DNA from: Trichodelitschia bisporula
Lineage: Eukaryota
NCBI GenBank assembly: GCA_010356995.1
Contig: ML996705.1
Location: forward strand, 62,001 to 126,000
DNA: 64,000 nt
Reading direction: 5' to 3'
Position numbers and translations under genes: made by a program
In this document: positions 27,172 to 38,322 of the stretch, piece by piece
Numbering within the stretch: position 1 is the stretch's first letter
How the letters are laid out: the number at the start of each line of letters is the position of its first letter
The notes under the pieces: model-generated
Databases searched by the model: none
What the model was told of the DNA's origin: nothing
The model's input: only the letters and a program-made list of their open reading frames with translations

Positions 27172-29184
27172 ATGGCCGACCTCTCGAAGGCCCGCCACTC
27201 CGCAGTACACGCCATGCCGACGCTGGGCCAGAAACTGCGCAAGCTGGTGGGTGGCGGAGGGGGTAAACGGAGTACTGGGAAGGAAGAGAAGAGGGGATGG
27301 GGCAGGCGCAAGCCGGCGGAGTGGCATGCGCCGCCTGATGTGTTTGAGCTGAAGCTGGATTTTGGCTCGTTGGAGGATTTGGAGAAGGAGCTTGAGAGGG
27401 GCGAGGGGTTTTGGAAGGGGTTTGACGCGGGAGAGGTTAAGCCAGTTGCGAAGGCGGAGAAGCCGGAGGTGAAGAAGGAGGAGAGGGTTGAGCGGAGGGA
27501 GGAGAGGAGGGAGACGCCTGTTACGCCTGGTGCGTGGACTCGTCCATCTTGCGCTGTGCTCTGCTGACGATTTGTAGTTAAAAGGACAGAGGACCGTCCG
27601 CGCAAGTCTCCGGCTCCCGCTCGACCAGCAAACGCACGCTACCCCACGCTCACCCTCCCCGAGGCTCCACGAGGCCGTCCCCGCGACTTCGAAGCCACGC
27701 GGAGCCCTCCCCGCGCCCAACCCCAACAAGCATCACAACCCCGCGCCCAACCCACTCCCGTCTCCCTCCCTCCCATAGACCCACCAAAGCCCCGCCACAG
27801 CATCCGCGTTGACTCCCTCCTCAAGCCACTAGAAACCAAGGACGACAAGCCCAGCGTCATCAAACCCGTCCCCAACACGCCCACCACCTACGCCCCCAGC
27901 ATATCCTCCTCCATCCCCCCCTCCGCCGCCTCCACCGCCACTACCTTCCCCTCCTACCGCGCCCCCACAACCACGGCCTCGAACCGGCACTCCATCGCCG
28001 ACCCCACCTTGCTTGCCACGCGCGCGCGCCAGCCCAGTCCCGCCGGCGCACGCAGTGTCTCGGCTACTCGCCCGGCCCCGTCGCAGACGCCCACGCTGCG
28101 CACGACCCCATCGGCTGCACGCCTCAGCGAGCGCCTGTCCTGGCTCCGTGAGCTAGAGGCCAAGAACGGAAGTGCCGGGTCCCGGCCCGCGGAGCTGCAG
28201 AAGCTGCAAGGGGGTGTCGCGGCGAAACTGGCGCGATTCGAGGGCGTGGCGGCGCAGGCGGGCCCGCAGCGGGGATTGGTGCGGACAGGGAGTGTGGTTA
28301 GCAGGGTGAGTATGGTTGAGGGGTTGGGGCAGGGCGGGGAGATGCCGCCCCCGCCGCCGCCATTGAGGAGGGGGAGTGGGCTGCAGGGGAGTGTGGTGCT
28401 TGATGGGGAGTTTAGGAGGACGTTGGAGGGGATTACGGCGAAGGGGCCGGAGGTGTTGGAGAAGAGGAAACGGTTGAGTCTTGGGGGTGCTGCGACGGCG
28501 AGTGCTTCGGCGGCTGCGCCTGCTTGGACGAGGGGTGTGTCGGAGAGGAGGGTTGTTAGTGCTGAGAAGGAGATGCCGCCTCCTGCGCAGAAGGGGTTGG
28601 ACAAGGTGCGGACGTGGGACGGGGCGGTGGGACGTACTGGTGCGAGTACGGCGGTGCCGGCGAAGATGGCTAAGAAGGAGGAGAAGGTGGAGAAGCCGAG
28701 GGAGAAGAAGGGGTATCAGGGACCTCCGCGCCCGAGAAGTCTTTTTCTCTCGGCGACGGAGGATGATATGAATGTTGATGAGGAGAGGATTGTGCCTGGG
28801 GTTGTCGGGAAGGAGATTGTTGAAGTGGAGGAGAAGGTTGAAGAAAAGGCTGAGCCAGTCGAGGAGAGCAAGCCGGTTGAGGAGACGAAGTTGGTTGAGG
28901 AGCCGACGCCCGTCGAGGAGAGCAAGCCGGTTGAGGAGACGAAGTTGGTTGAGGAGCCGAAGCCCGTTGAGGAGATCAAGCCCGTCGAGGAGCCGAAGCT
29001 CGTCGAGGAAACCAAGCCCGTCGAGGAGCCGAAGCCCGTCATTGTCACTCAATCGGCTGAGGACACGAAGCCAGTCGAACCAGCCCTGCCATCCTTCAAC
29101 GCCGCCTCCCTCCCCCATTTCACATCGACGCCGCAATACGCCCCCGTGCCGATGAAGCTGCGCCACCCGCCCACCACTTTCTGA
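27172..29184 (+). CDS. Low-complexity, largely disordered hypothetical protein with KPVEE tandem repeats
   Basis: ATG at 27172. Intron 27530-27577 joins into the frame of the 28009-29184 ORF with no stop. Contains an ERLSWLRELE...GGVAAKLARFE segment and a C-terminal Glu/Lys/Pro repeat. Confidence 0.7.
28851..29040 (+). repeat. Coding minisatellite, 18-bp unit (xKPVEE/xKLVEE), about 10 copies with 54-bp higher-order period
   Basis: EPVEESKPVEETKLVEEPTPVEESKPVEETKLVEEPKPVEEIKPVEEPKLVEETKPVEEPKPV. Confidence 0.9.
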
Positions 29185-29563
29185 CCATTGCTTTTTGGTT
29201 AGAGATACAATTTGTTCACGGCTTCACTGCTGGTTTTTTGGTGCCGCCTTGGGGTGGCTTGTTTCCACTAGGGAGGAAGGAGTTGAGTTTATTTGGACGG
29301 AGTGCTGGGGAGGGCTTGAAGCCGATGTTGTATGATATGATTTTTGGCGTTTAGGTGGGGATGGATTATGACTTGTTCATTTGCTTTAATGCTGAGATGT
29401 GAGGTTGTGACACTGTGATGGGCTTCCTGACTGCGAGAGGAAGGATGGGTCTCAGACTTGCCTTCATAGCAACCGCTACGAGCTTGTAGCTCAGACTTCC
29501 ACCCTGTCAGCAGCAGCTGGGAGAGTAGCACGAGTGAGTGGTCTCGATCCGTGAGGTTTAGAT

Positions 29564-29780
29564 GCAGAGTAAGTCACGTGTTATTGGTAGATCTCTCCCA
29601 ATCCACAACATCTTCCTAATGGACGCCTCGAGTTATTGAGAGTTATTGCCAGCCACTGTCCCCTCTCCCAGAATCTACACCAAGCACCCGCAAGTAGCTC
29701 GACTTCCATCTTTAGCGAAGCTCGATGCTATCCTCAAGCGCTCCTTCTGTCTCTGAGCCGCCTTCACCTGCCATATGGCT
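29564..29780 (+). repeat. Copy 1 of a diverged direct repeat of about 220 bp (promoter plus first codons of the F-box ORF)
   Basis: gcagagtaagtcacgtgttatt...caatccacaac.tcttccta.tggacgc...gagttattgcca...ttccatctttagcgaagctc...atgc.atcctc.agcgctccttct recurs at 30247-30484. Confidence 0.9.
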
Positions 29781-30078
29781 CCCGTTCGACCATTACCAGA
29801 CATTCGAACACCTAAGCTATCTTCCAGTCGAACACCACTCTCTCATCATGCTCTTCCTCCCAGATAGCACGCTACTATCTCTCGCCCGCGTATCCCGCGA
29901 CCTGAATCTAATCCTGCAACCCGTTCTCGACGCCCGGAAGCGTATGCAGATCGGCCATTCAACGTCATTCAAGGAGCAGCAAGTCCAGGTGGCTGAGCTG
30001 GTCCACCAGGTCCTCGGGCTTGCCATACTTGCTTGCCTACTGGATTCGGCGTCAGGGAGCGACAGGTCGCGGTGTTGA
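29725..30078 (+). CDS. Short F-box-motif protein (117 aa), possibly truncated
   Basis: LSYLPVEHHSLIMLFLPDSTLLSLARVSRDLNLILQPVL fits the F-box pattern L..LP.E....I..FL....LL.L.RVSR.L. Confidence 0.55.
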   Translation: MLSSSAPSVSEPPSPAIWLPFDHYQTFEHLSYLPVEHHSLIMLFLPDSTLLSLARVSRDLNLILQPVLDARKRMQIGHSTSFKEQQVQVAELVHQVLGLAILACLLDSASGSDRSRC

Positions 30079-30246
30079 AACCATTTTGTTTGTCTGGGCC
30101 GCGCGGTTCGGATATGGTCGGCTATTTTCCTTCCTCTGTGGCGTTGCACTGCAGTAAGCGGTCTTTCTTACGGTGCCAGTAACTTGTTAGATCTTAATGG
30201 AAGCATAGGCTTGAGCAAACATCAGCTGCGATGTGAAGTGAAAGGA

Positions 30247-30484
30247 GCAGAGTAAGTCACGTGTTATTTGATCGGTCTCTCTCAATCCACAACGTCTTCC
30301 TACTGGACGCTTTGCATTATCGAGGACGCCTTGCGTTAAGGTTATCGGGAGTTATTGCCAACCTCCGCGCCCTCTCCCGGAATACTCGCAAGTCGCTCGA
30401 TTTCCATCTTTAGCGAAGCTCTACTGCGTATGCCATCCTCGAGCGCTCCTTCTACCCCAAAGCCGCGCCCACCTATCATACGGC
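30247..30484 (+). repeat. Copy 2 of the direct repeat; carries a truncated paralogous start (MPSSSAPSTPKP...)
   Basis: Aligns by eye to 29564-29780 with substitutions and small indels. The ORF from its ATG loses similarity after about 18 codons and stops at 30567. Confidence 0.85.
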
Positions 30485-30642
30485 CATCGATCACCGATCG
30501 CCATCATCATTCGAGTGGAGGGAATTCATTGATTCTTCTTGCTCATGTCATGTACAAATCCATGTAGCTTTCAGCGGAGTAGGATATTTTACACTCGCGG
30601 GATCCGCCCCCCGAGCCCAACCGAAACGCCCAACGCTCCCAT

Positions 30643-31534
30643 CTACCGCACGCCCAGCAAGATGCTGCTCCCCTTGCCCTCCCCAGACGCGCCACCAGGC
30701 AGATACGCGACATTCGGATTATTCGCCAGCATCTGCGCAATATCCTTCTGTGTCTCAATACGACGGATCATGATAAGCCCATCGCCGCTCTTCGCCACCG
30801 CCCTGCTAATAGTGTCCGCAGCCTCAGCCTCGCCCTCCGCACGAATGACATTGGCCTGGCGCTCCTGCTCCGCCTTCTCGACGATAAACCGTGCACGCTC
30901 GGCCTCCTGCTGCGCAATCTGCTTGTCCTCGACTGCGCGGGTGAATTCCTTGCCGAAGGTCATGTGCGTGATGCTCACGTCTTCGAGGGCGATGTTGAAC
31001 TCCTGCGCGCGCTTGGTCAGGTCGTCGCGGATGCGGTTGGAGACGGCCTCGCGCTGGGTGATCAGCTCCGCGGCGTCGAATTGCGCGACGATGGACTTGA
31101 GAACTTCGTTGCCGATGGAAGGGAGCACGCGCTCGTCGTAGTCGGAGCCGAGATTCTGGGCCGCTAGGTCAGCTTCGAGCTCAGGGGGGGTTAGGGCGGA
31201 GACCGGAGCCTACCTGGTAGATCTTGGGCAGCTGCTTGACCTCCGGCCGGTGCAGCACACGCAGCGTCAGGGACACCATCTGCATGTCCTTGCTCCCCGT
31301 GGTAGTGGCGATATTGCGCGGCCGCGTACGCACATCGAAGATAATGCTCTTCTGCAGCCAAGGTACCAGGAAGTGTGTCCCCTCGTTCATGACCGTTTCC
31401 TTGACACCACTGATGCGGTCGAAGATGACGGCGCGAGTGCCGCCCTTGACATCGTAGATGGAGGCCTGGGCGAGGGATATGCCGACCGCCGCGGGGACGG
31501 CGAGCTTGTAGAGCGCTCCAAGTGCGTTGGCCAT
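30643..31534 (-). CDS. PHB1: Prohibitin 1
   Basis: [62 protein letters not shown]. Intron 31213-31156. Confidence 0.97.
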
Positions 31535-31772
31535 TGTGCGGGTGTGAATTGGTGGGGGTTAGGAGGGGGGTGTTTGCGGCGAGATGGGGTAGCTTTTCGT
31601 GAGACGTCAAGGACAATTCCGAAAATGGCCGGGGCCGGAAAAACTTGGCCCGGGGTTGAAGCTGCAACGACTTTGACCCGCCCACATCGTCACTCCCGAC
31701 ACCCGAGCACCCTCTATCAACCCTCTCGACTCCCAATTTACGCACATCGTCTTCTGCATACACACGCACACA

Positions 31773-32250
31773 ATGGGTGGTGGCGGCGCAAGAACTAGCG
31801 GCCAGTACGTCTCCGTTGCCGCTCGGCCGCAATCGCTCGGCATGATCCGGACTCCAGCTAACAATGCGCAGGCTTCTCGGCCCGTGGGGCGACTTCGGTA
31901 CGCATACTATGCCCAATTGCCCAATGGGCATATCCGACTGCAGCAATTGAGTTCTCCGACTTACATCCGCAGGCTCCCCCCCGCAGAAGGGCATCATCAC
32001 GTATTCCCTCTCGCCCAACCGGCAGCGCCCGCTCGCCGGCACCGCACATGCGGCCATCTTCAACGTCTTCCGCCGCACGCGCCAGCAGGTTCTCTACTGG
32101 GCGCCGCCGCTCATTGCTGGGTACTACCTGATGGGCTGGGCTATTGAGCGGTATGTCGGGCGATGGGGGAAGTGAGCCGAGGCTAATGTGGACAGGAACG
32201 AGTATCTCAATTCTAAGGCTGGGCGTGCTGAGTTTGCCGAGGAGGAGTAA
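31773..32250 (+). CDS. QCR8: Cytochrome bc1 complex subunit 8
   Basis: Spliced with introns about 31805-31871, 31898-31972 and 32151-32195. Reads MGGGG...[29 protein letters not shown]...AIFNVFRRTRQQVLYWAPP...RNEYLNSKAGRAEF. Confidence 0.95.
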
Positions 32251-33038
32251 AGGCTGGACTGGCGGATTGCTAGACTGGCTTTGAGCGGGAGGGCCTGGAT
32301 GTACAAAATATGATAGAGGTAGAGGTGATTGTATGAATCCCGTGCAGTCTTCTGTCTTTGGTGTGTCTGACGTGATCAATTGCGATCAATTGCGATTACG
32401 TCCAACTGCAGAAGGCATACGGATGTGATAGGGCATTGCTTCGAGCGAGCATGAGCGCTGTGTGACTGGATGTCTCATAATCAAGGGGCCAAGACTGACG
32501 TGCGAGACCCCATGGATTGCGTCCCTCCGTCAGCATCCATAACCACGGCAGCTTGCACTTCACTATTTAACTTGACTTCATCCGCAGTATTCGCCGCCTC
32601 GCCTCAACCCCTCTGCACCACTTTGCTTCCTCAAAGCCGGCAACATGTCGTCCCTTCTATGCGCTCAATGGCCAAATATCGTGTCGCAGACTAACCTCGA
32701 GCTATGGAATCTTTTTTTTGCCATGGGACAGGATGGAGGGTCCTGGTCACCCTTTCACTATGAGGTCGACCCGACTTCTTCCCAGCTTTCGTATACCGGG
32801 ATAGGATCCAGTTCCCTTCAGGAATCCACAGGCTTCGCCAACACGAGCCATGGGCACAATCAAGGACAATGAACAGTGGCCATGCAGAACGCGACACAAA
32901 CCAATTCAACAGGCAGCACCATCACCAGCAGTATAGAGGGCACAAAAGCATTGAGAACGAAGGCGCTTTTCAGCTACGAAATTAAACCCTACATTACACA
33001 CACCCTAAACCCCCTCATCCACCCATCAACATATTTAT

Positions 33039-33635
33039 TTACAAAGCAAACACACCAGCCGCCAGCGCCGCCAGCGCCGCAACATCCATCCCCTTCAGGC
33101 CGGCCGCCGCATTCGCCGTCGCAACGGAGCTGCTAGCAGAGCTAGCCCCCGACGCCGCCGCGCTCGACGCGCTCGCCGCAACAGACGACGCCTTGCTCAC
33201 GGCGCTGCTGGCCTTGCTCGCCGCGGAGCTGGCCGCCGAGACAGCGGAGCTCGCCGCCGCGCTGGCGCTGGACACGGCACTCGAGGCGCTCGAGGCCGGG
33301 GCCGAGCTGGAGGATTCGGTGGCCTCCTTGCACAGGGCGTCGGTGTAGGCGAGCACGGCTTGCAGGTCGGAGGCCGAGCAGGAGGTGGCGACGCAGGGCG
33401 TGGCGCTGGCCGTGATGGCGGCTTTGCCGGTTGTGCACTGGCAGGTGCGGTCTTCGGCGGTGCAGCCGGAGCTGGCGATGGCTTTCTCGAAGCAGGAGGT
33501 CTTGGGGGGGTGTTAGGGGGGGGTTTAGGACGGAGTTTGGAGGGTGAGTGTGGGACATACGGCGCAGGCGGGGAGGTCAGCGGCCAGCGTCAGGGCGGCG
33601 AGGGAGAAGAGGACGGCAGAGGCGGTGAACTTCAT
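33039..33635 (-). CDS. GPI-anchored CFEM-domain cell-surface protein
   Basis: Signal peptide MKFTASAVLFSLAALTLA, intron 33560-33501, 8-Cys CFEM (LPACA-TSC...GCTAEDRTCQC...PCVATSC...LC), Ser/Ala linker and hydrophobic GPI signal NAAAGLKGMDVAALAALAAGVFAL. Confidence 0.92.
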
Positions 33636-35699
33636 TGTTGCGGGTGGAGCGAATGGACGCGGTGTGTGGTTATAGTGGAAGTATGATTTGGAGAGAGTGT
33701 TGCGGTTGGGGATCCGCCTCGACGCAGGGTGCGAAGCGACCTATATACCGCACGCCCTGCATGTTGCCAGAGCAGCACATGTCCAGGGTGTGCCTGAGAG
33801 CCGAGCAGCAAGTGGGATAGGGGAGCTAGCTAACGGCTTAGTCCCGTAGCAATGTCGCTTTCCCCGGTTTCTGTAGCGCGGCGAGTGGGCCGAGAAAGGA
33901 CCTAGGCTGGGAGAAAAGCTGGAGAAGGGCGCGGGCTAACGGCTGGGGTTGGGGGGGGATCGGAGATGGAGTCTGTTTGTGTGCTCGGTGGGTGGTGGGC
34001 GGTTGGCAGACTTGGTTGGGTGGGCATTACGGTGTGTCTGCGGAGGCTTCCAATGGGGGATGCCCGGTTGTGGTGATCCTTGGAATGGGGATGCATTGTT
34101 GAGTGGTTTGGGATGTCTTGCGGTCCATTGGCTCGAGGGGGGAGTTTCATCGTTTTTTTCATCCGACTGGCTCGCGGGCCGCAATTCTGGCTCTCGAGCC
34201 TCAGCCTCGATGCACATTTCTGGACCGGTTGTTAGCTTTGCGCGGCTCAATTCGAGGCATTGCAAAGGGAAGCAAAAGGTGGCGATGCCGAGCGCAATCC
34301 CCTCCCAACGTACGTCAGTCCTGACGCGTAACTAGCAGGACACCGGCATGGAATCGAGCCAGTCGTATTGCTCGCAATCCCGGATGCATGGCGACGCGGC
34401 TCCCACAGAGCCATGATCCGGCTATTCATTTTGTTTGCTAAGTAGCAGTTAGTGTGCACTCGTTCTCAAGGATCATGTGCGGGGATGGGGCTTGGGCTAG
34501 ACCGGAAGGGTACTCCCGCGCCGTTGATGCAGGGTGGTCCCTGTGCTACGGCAAGGCACTGTTTACTCCGCATTTCTAGTCGCCTCGTGGCTGGGATGAA
34601 GCTATCCGTCAATTCCGCTGGTAGTTATCATGACTCAAGGAATTAACGGGCCAGTTCAAGGCTTGCAGTGTTAGCTTGCTGATTTGCACCTTTTAGGGCG
34701 GACGTGATGCGCGACACAGGTGCTTAGGAAGCACGTTAAAGGGGTGAAGTTAAGTCAGCGTTCGTCGGGGTGGCGATGCTATTCCAGCTTTTCCAAGATT
34801 TTTAGTTCTTTCGGCATTGCATAGCGCGGACACGGCCGTGGTTGGCATGTGATGGTTAGCCCCTTTGAAGACTTGATGTCCGGTACTCATTTTCCATGTC
34901 GAATGGCCCTTCTTGAGCGATTGGTGTTTGTTGGCACGCCTTTGTGATTGTTGTTTGTGATGAATGGATGTCGTTGATGCTGGCCGCATGGTGTCAGACA
35001 TCTAACCTGCCGGCATCCAGTCAAGCGGGAACGGAGAGTTTCATATCATGTCGACTTTTGATTGGCTCCAGCGCTATGGGAGGTCCTCAACGGTATCGTC
35101 CGAGAGATAAAGTGATGAGAGAGGAAGGTGTCTGGCTCAAGATAAGTAGACAGCTATCGTCTTTGATGATTGCAAAACCCTGGTTGAACCTTCGCGGCAC
35201 GGTATCCATGTATATCGAAACCCGGCAGCTCAGCCGGAGCATCACCTTCCCTAGCGAGCACCCCATGAATGATAACGCCCGGTCTGTCGGTAGGGACAAC
35301 TCGCTCTATACACAGTAAGCTTTAGGGGACCGCTCCGATCATGATGTTTGGTCGTGATATCAGTGGCGTCGTTGAAATCGGATGCCAAGCCCGGACCTGC
35401 TCTGGCTCAACCCGTCGTCTGGTCGGAAATTTCAACATCGCGACCAAATACAGCCAAAATGATGAAGATAGTCTCAGACGATTGTGGGTCGTTAATAAGA
35501 CGGATACATCAGACGTGGCAGTTCGCATTGTGAACTGTATTGTGTTTGCCGTTGATGCGGGATGAAAATAGGATAATAGCAGTGATGATGCAAACGCCCA
35601 AGGGTCTTCACAACACCAACCCAACACCAACTTCATTCAACGACCACATCACCTTTCTCTCTCCCCCTCTACTGTGCGCCATTCGTCCTTACTGTCAAA

Positions 35700-36574
35700 A
35701 TGGCCACCGCATCGCAGATGGTCGATCCCGTCATCTTCGCGAATCTCCAGTCGAAGATCGATGAGGAAGACTCCTTCCGCAATGTGCGATACTTCCCCCA
35801 GTGTAGATGGGAGCTAGAACTAATGCCGACAGGCAGTGCGTGATATCATACAAGAGCTCGACAAGCAAAGCAAGTACATCGTGATCTGAAGTTGTCGTCA
35901 AGGCTGACGATCGCACAGCAAAATTCGCGCTAGCAATCTTGTCCAGAGCTCACTCTACGCCTGCAGCTCGTAGTGAGTATGATACAGCCTGACGCGGGCG
36001 GCGTTGATAAATCTAGTTGGCGAGGTCACCGGTGCCGCCGAAATCACTATCAAAGAGCTGATCAACACCATCGCAAAGCTCTCTGAGACTGCCTCCCAGC
36101 AGCCGTACTACAAGTTCAACTACATCTGGACACGTCATATGCAGGACGCCGTAGGTCTTTTCTCGCACTTCAAGCTCCGCTCATGTCATCCAGTGCTTCA
36201 CTATCCTCTTCGCCGGATGGCTCCAGCACAACGGTAAACTGTTTACGATCGAGGAAGTCGGGGACATCCTAAAGGTACCCGTCAACCTGAAGGACAGGGA
36301 CGCCTTCCACCTTACGGTTGAGGAGTATCTTCTCGCGCTGATAACGCTCATCGACGAACTGGCTCGCTTGTCTCGCAACTGTGTTACGCTGGGCGACTAC
36401 AAGCGTCCGATGGAGATCAACCAGTTTATCAAGGATGTCCACGCCGGCTTCGGCATTCTCAACCTCAAGAATGACATCTTGCGGAAACGCAGTGATGGCA
36501 TTAAGTATCGTATCAAAGAGTGTGAGGACGTGGTCTACGACCTGTCGCTGCGGAATCTGGCTCCTCAGACCTGA
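35700..36574 (+). CDS. TSN1: Translin (C3PO subunit)
   Basis: MVDPVIFANLQSKIDEE, QPYYKFNYIW, DAFHLTVEEYLLALITLIDELARLSRNCVTLGDY, LNLKNDILRKRSDGIKY. Introns 35784-35832, 35870-35918 (GC-AG), 35973-36016, 36151-36193. Confidence 0.93.
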
Positions 36575-36971
36575 GCGAGCATTCTCTTGAAGAATGAGGC
36601 AGTTGAGGAGATCAGTGCTTTGGTTCTAAATACCATATCGGGCCTTCTACCACAGCAGTTATGTAGCCGAATGCTGTCTCAGAAGGAAGCTGAATCTCCA
36701 CCTATCTCTCCATCTCCATTTTAAGCTTCTTCTCGAACTTCGACCCAAGAATGTGATATGCTTTGAGCGTCGTTCATTGGCTACTCTAGCACCTGCTGCC
36801 AAGATGTCCAAACCGGGGTGCGCGAAGCTTCACGCCGCACGCCCTCCACATCCAAAGGCGACGCGCACAACCATCTTGAGTTTCACTTCACCAGCGCCAA
36901 CCGGCACGAACAATGCCATCATAACCGTCTCTACAGCCAACGTCCTTCTTTCCGCAATCGCCATTGCAAGC

Positions 36972-37778
36972 ATGCCATCCTCACCCTCCGCGCCTACCCC
37001 TCCGGCGCCGTCCGACTTCTCTCCTCTCCCCCTTCCGCAACCCGGCCTCGCGCGTCTCGTCTCCATCGCCTATCCTCCACTCCTCCTCTCCGCCTACGCC
37101 GCTTCTTTCAGCTCCATAATAGCCGCCCCCGCACCAGCACTCCTCACACTCCTTCCCCTCACAGCTGCTCTCCAAGTCTTCTACGCAGTGCTCTGCCTCC
37201 CGCTCTCAGCGCAGAACTCGAACTCCAAAGCACAGCCAGCGAAGGCGGTCCAGCGCAAGAAGTCTAGACATGGCGACTGGATTCCACGGCTGAGCGTACG
37301 TGACATCCCTCGCTGCGTACCCATCTAACGCACTCAGACCGCGCTCATCGCGCTCATCATTTCCCTCTCCCTCGGCACAGCCGTCCTCGCCATCACCCTC
37401 GTCCTCTTCGGCGCGCCGATCACAACGCACATCCCGGAGACGCTCGCCTGCGCAGCACACATGGCGCTGCTGGCGGGCGTGCCACTCGTGTACGTGCACG
37501 GCGTGGATGCGGAGCGATGGCGGGCCGTGGCCGCGCTGCTGATGCCCATGGACGAGGTGTACGGTGCGGCGGTGGGAGTGCTGCTGGGGGTGTGGATTGG
37601 GGCGATCCCGATCCCGTTGGATTGGTGAGTGGGCTCGTTTTTGCGGGCTCCGGGCTGACGTTTTAGGGATCGTGAGTGGCAGAAGTGGCCTTGTACGATT
37701 GTGACGGGTGCGTATCTGGGTTGGGCGGCTGGGAAGGCGCTTGGGGTGGGGCTGAGGGGGAAGGTGGTTGTGGTTTGA
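36972..37778 (+). CDS. GPI11: GPI biosynthesis protein PIG-F
   Basis: [25 protein letters not shown] and [31 protein letters not shown]. Introns 37296-37337 and about 37625-37666. The start codon is uncertain because the frame is open further upstream. Confidence 0.9.
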
Positions 37779-38322
37779 GGCGTTTGGCGCGGAGCCTGCT
37801 TGCCGCTAGATATGACGTTAGGGTTTGTGGCGGCCTTGCACGCGGATTACATGGACGATGTGCTTGAGCTGCGGCTTGTTTCGGTTTCTACTGCTGAGAT
37901 TGGACCTCCATGCATGCTGAACTGAACGCTCGGATAGCCCCGCTGCCCGGTCTGAGTTTCATGACGCGCGATCGTCGGAGTTGGGTTTGTTTTGAGACGC
38001 CTTGCGGCGCCCGGTAGGTATCACCAGCCCAGACAGTCGTTGAATGAGGCTGAATTAAGCCTTTTGGACAAAGCCACTTCTGTATCAAGTCGTTCTTGCG
38101 CCTTTCTCGAGTGGATGCCCCGATCTATTCTTGAGGACTACCGATGCCTTCAGACTGGGCGGGTCAATATCAAGGGCGGGGTGGGAATCGCCGATCCCTA
38201 TCCAGACGTCAAGGGACATGCCTTCCACCTCAACCGGTCGACTTATAAACGTGCCAAAAGTCATTATTCCAACCTCCTCTTCCCAACTTATGCAACGTAC
38301 TCCGACTGAAAGTGCAAACAAG

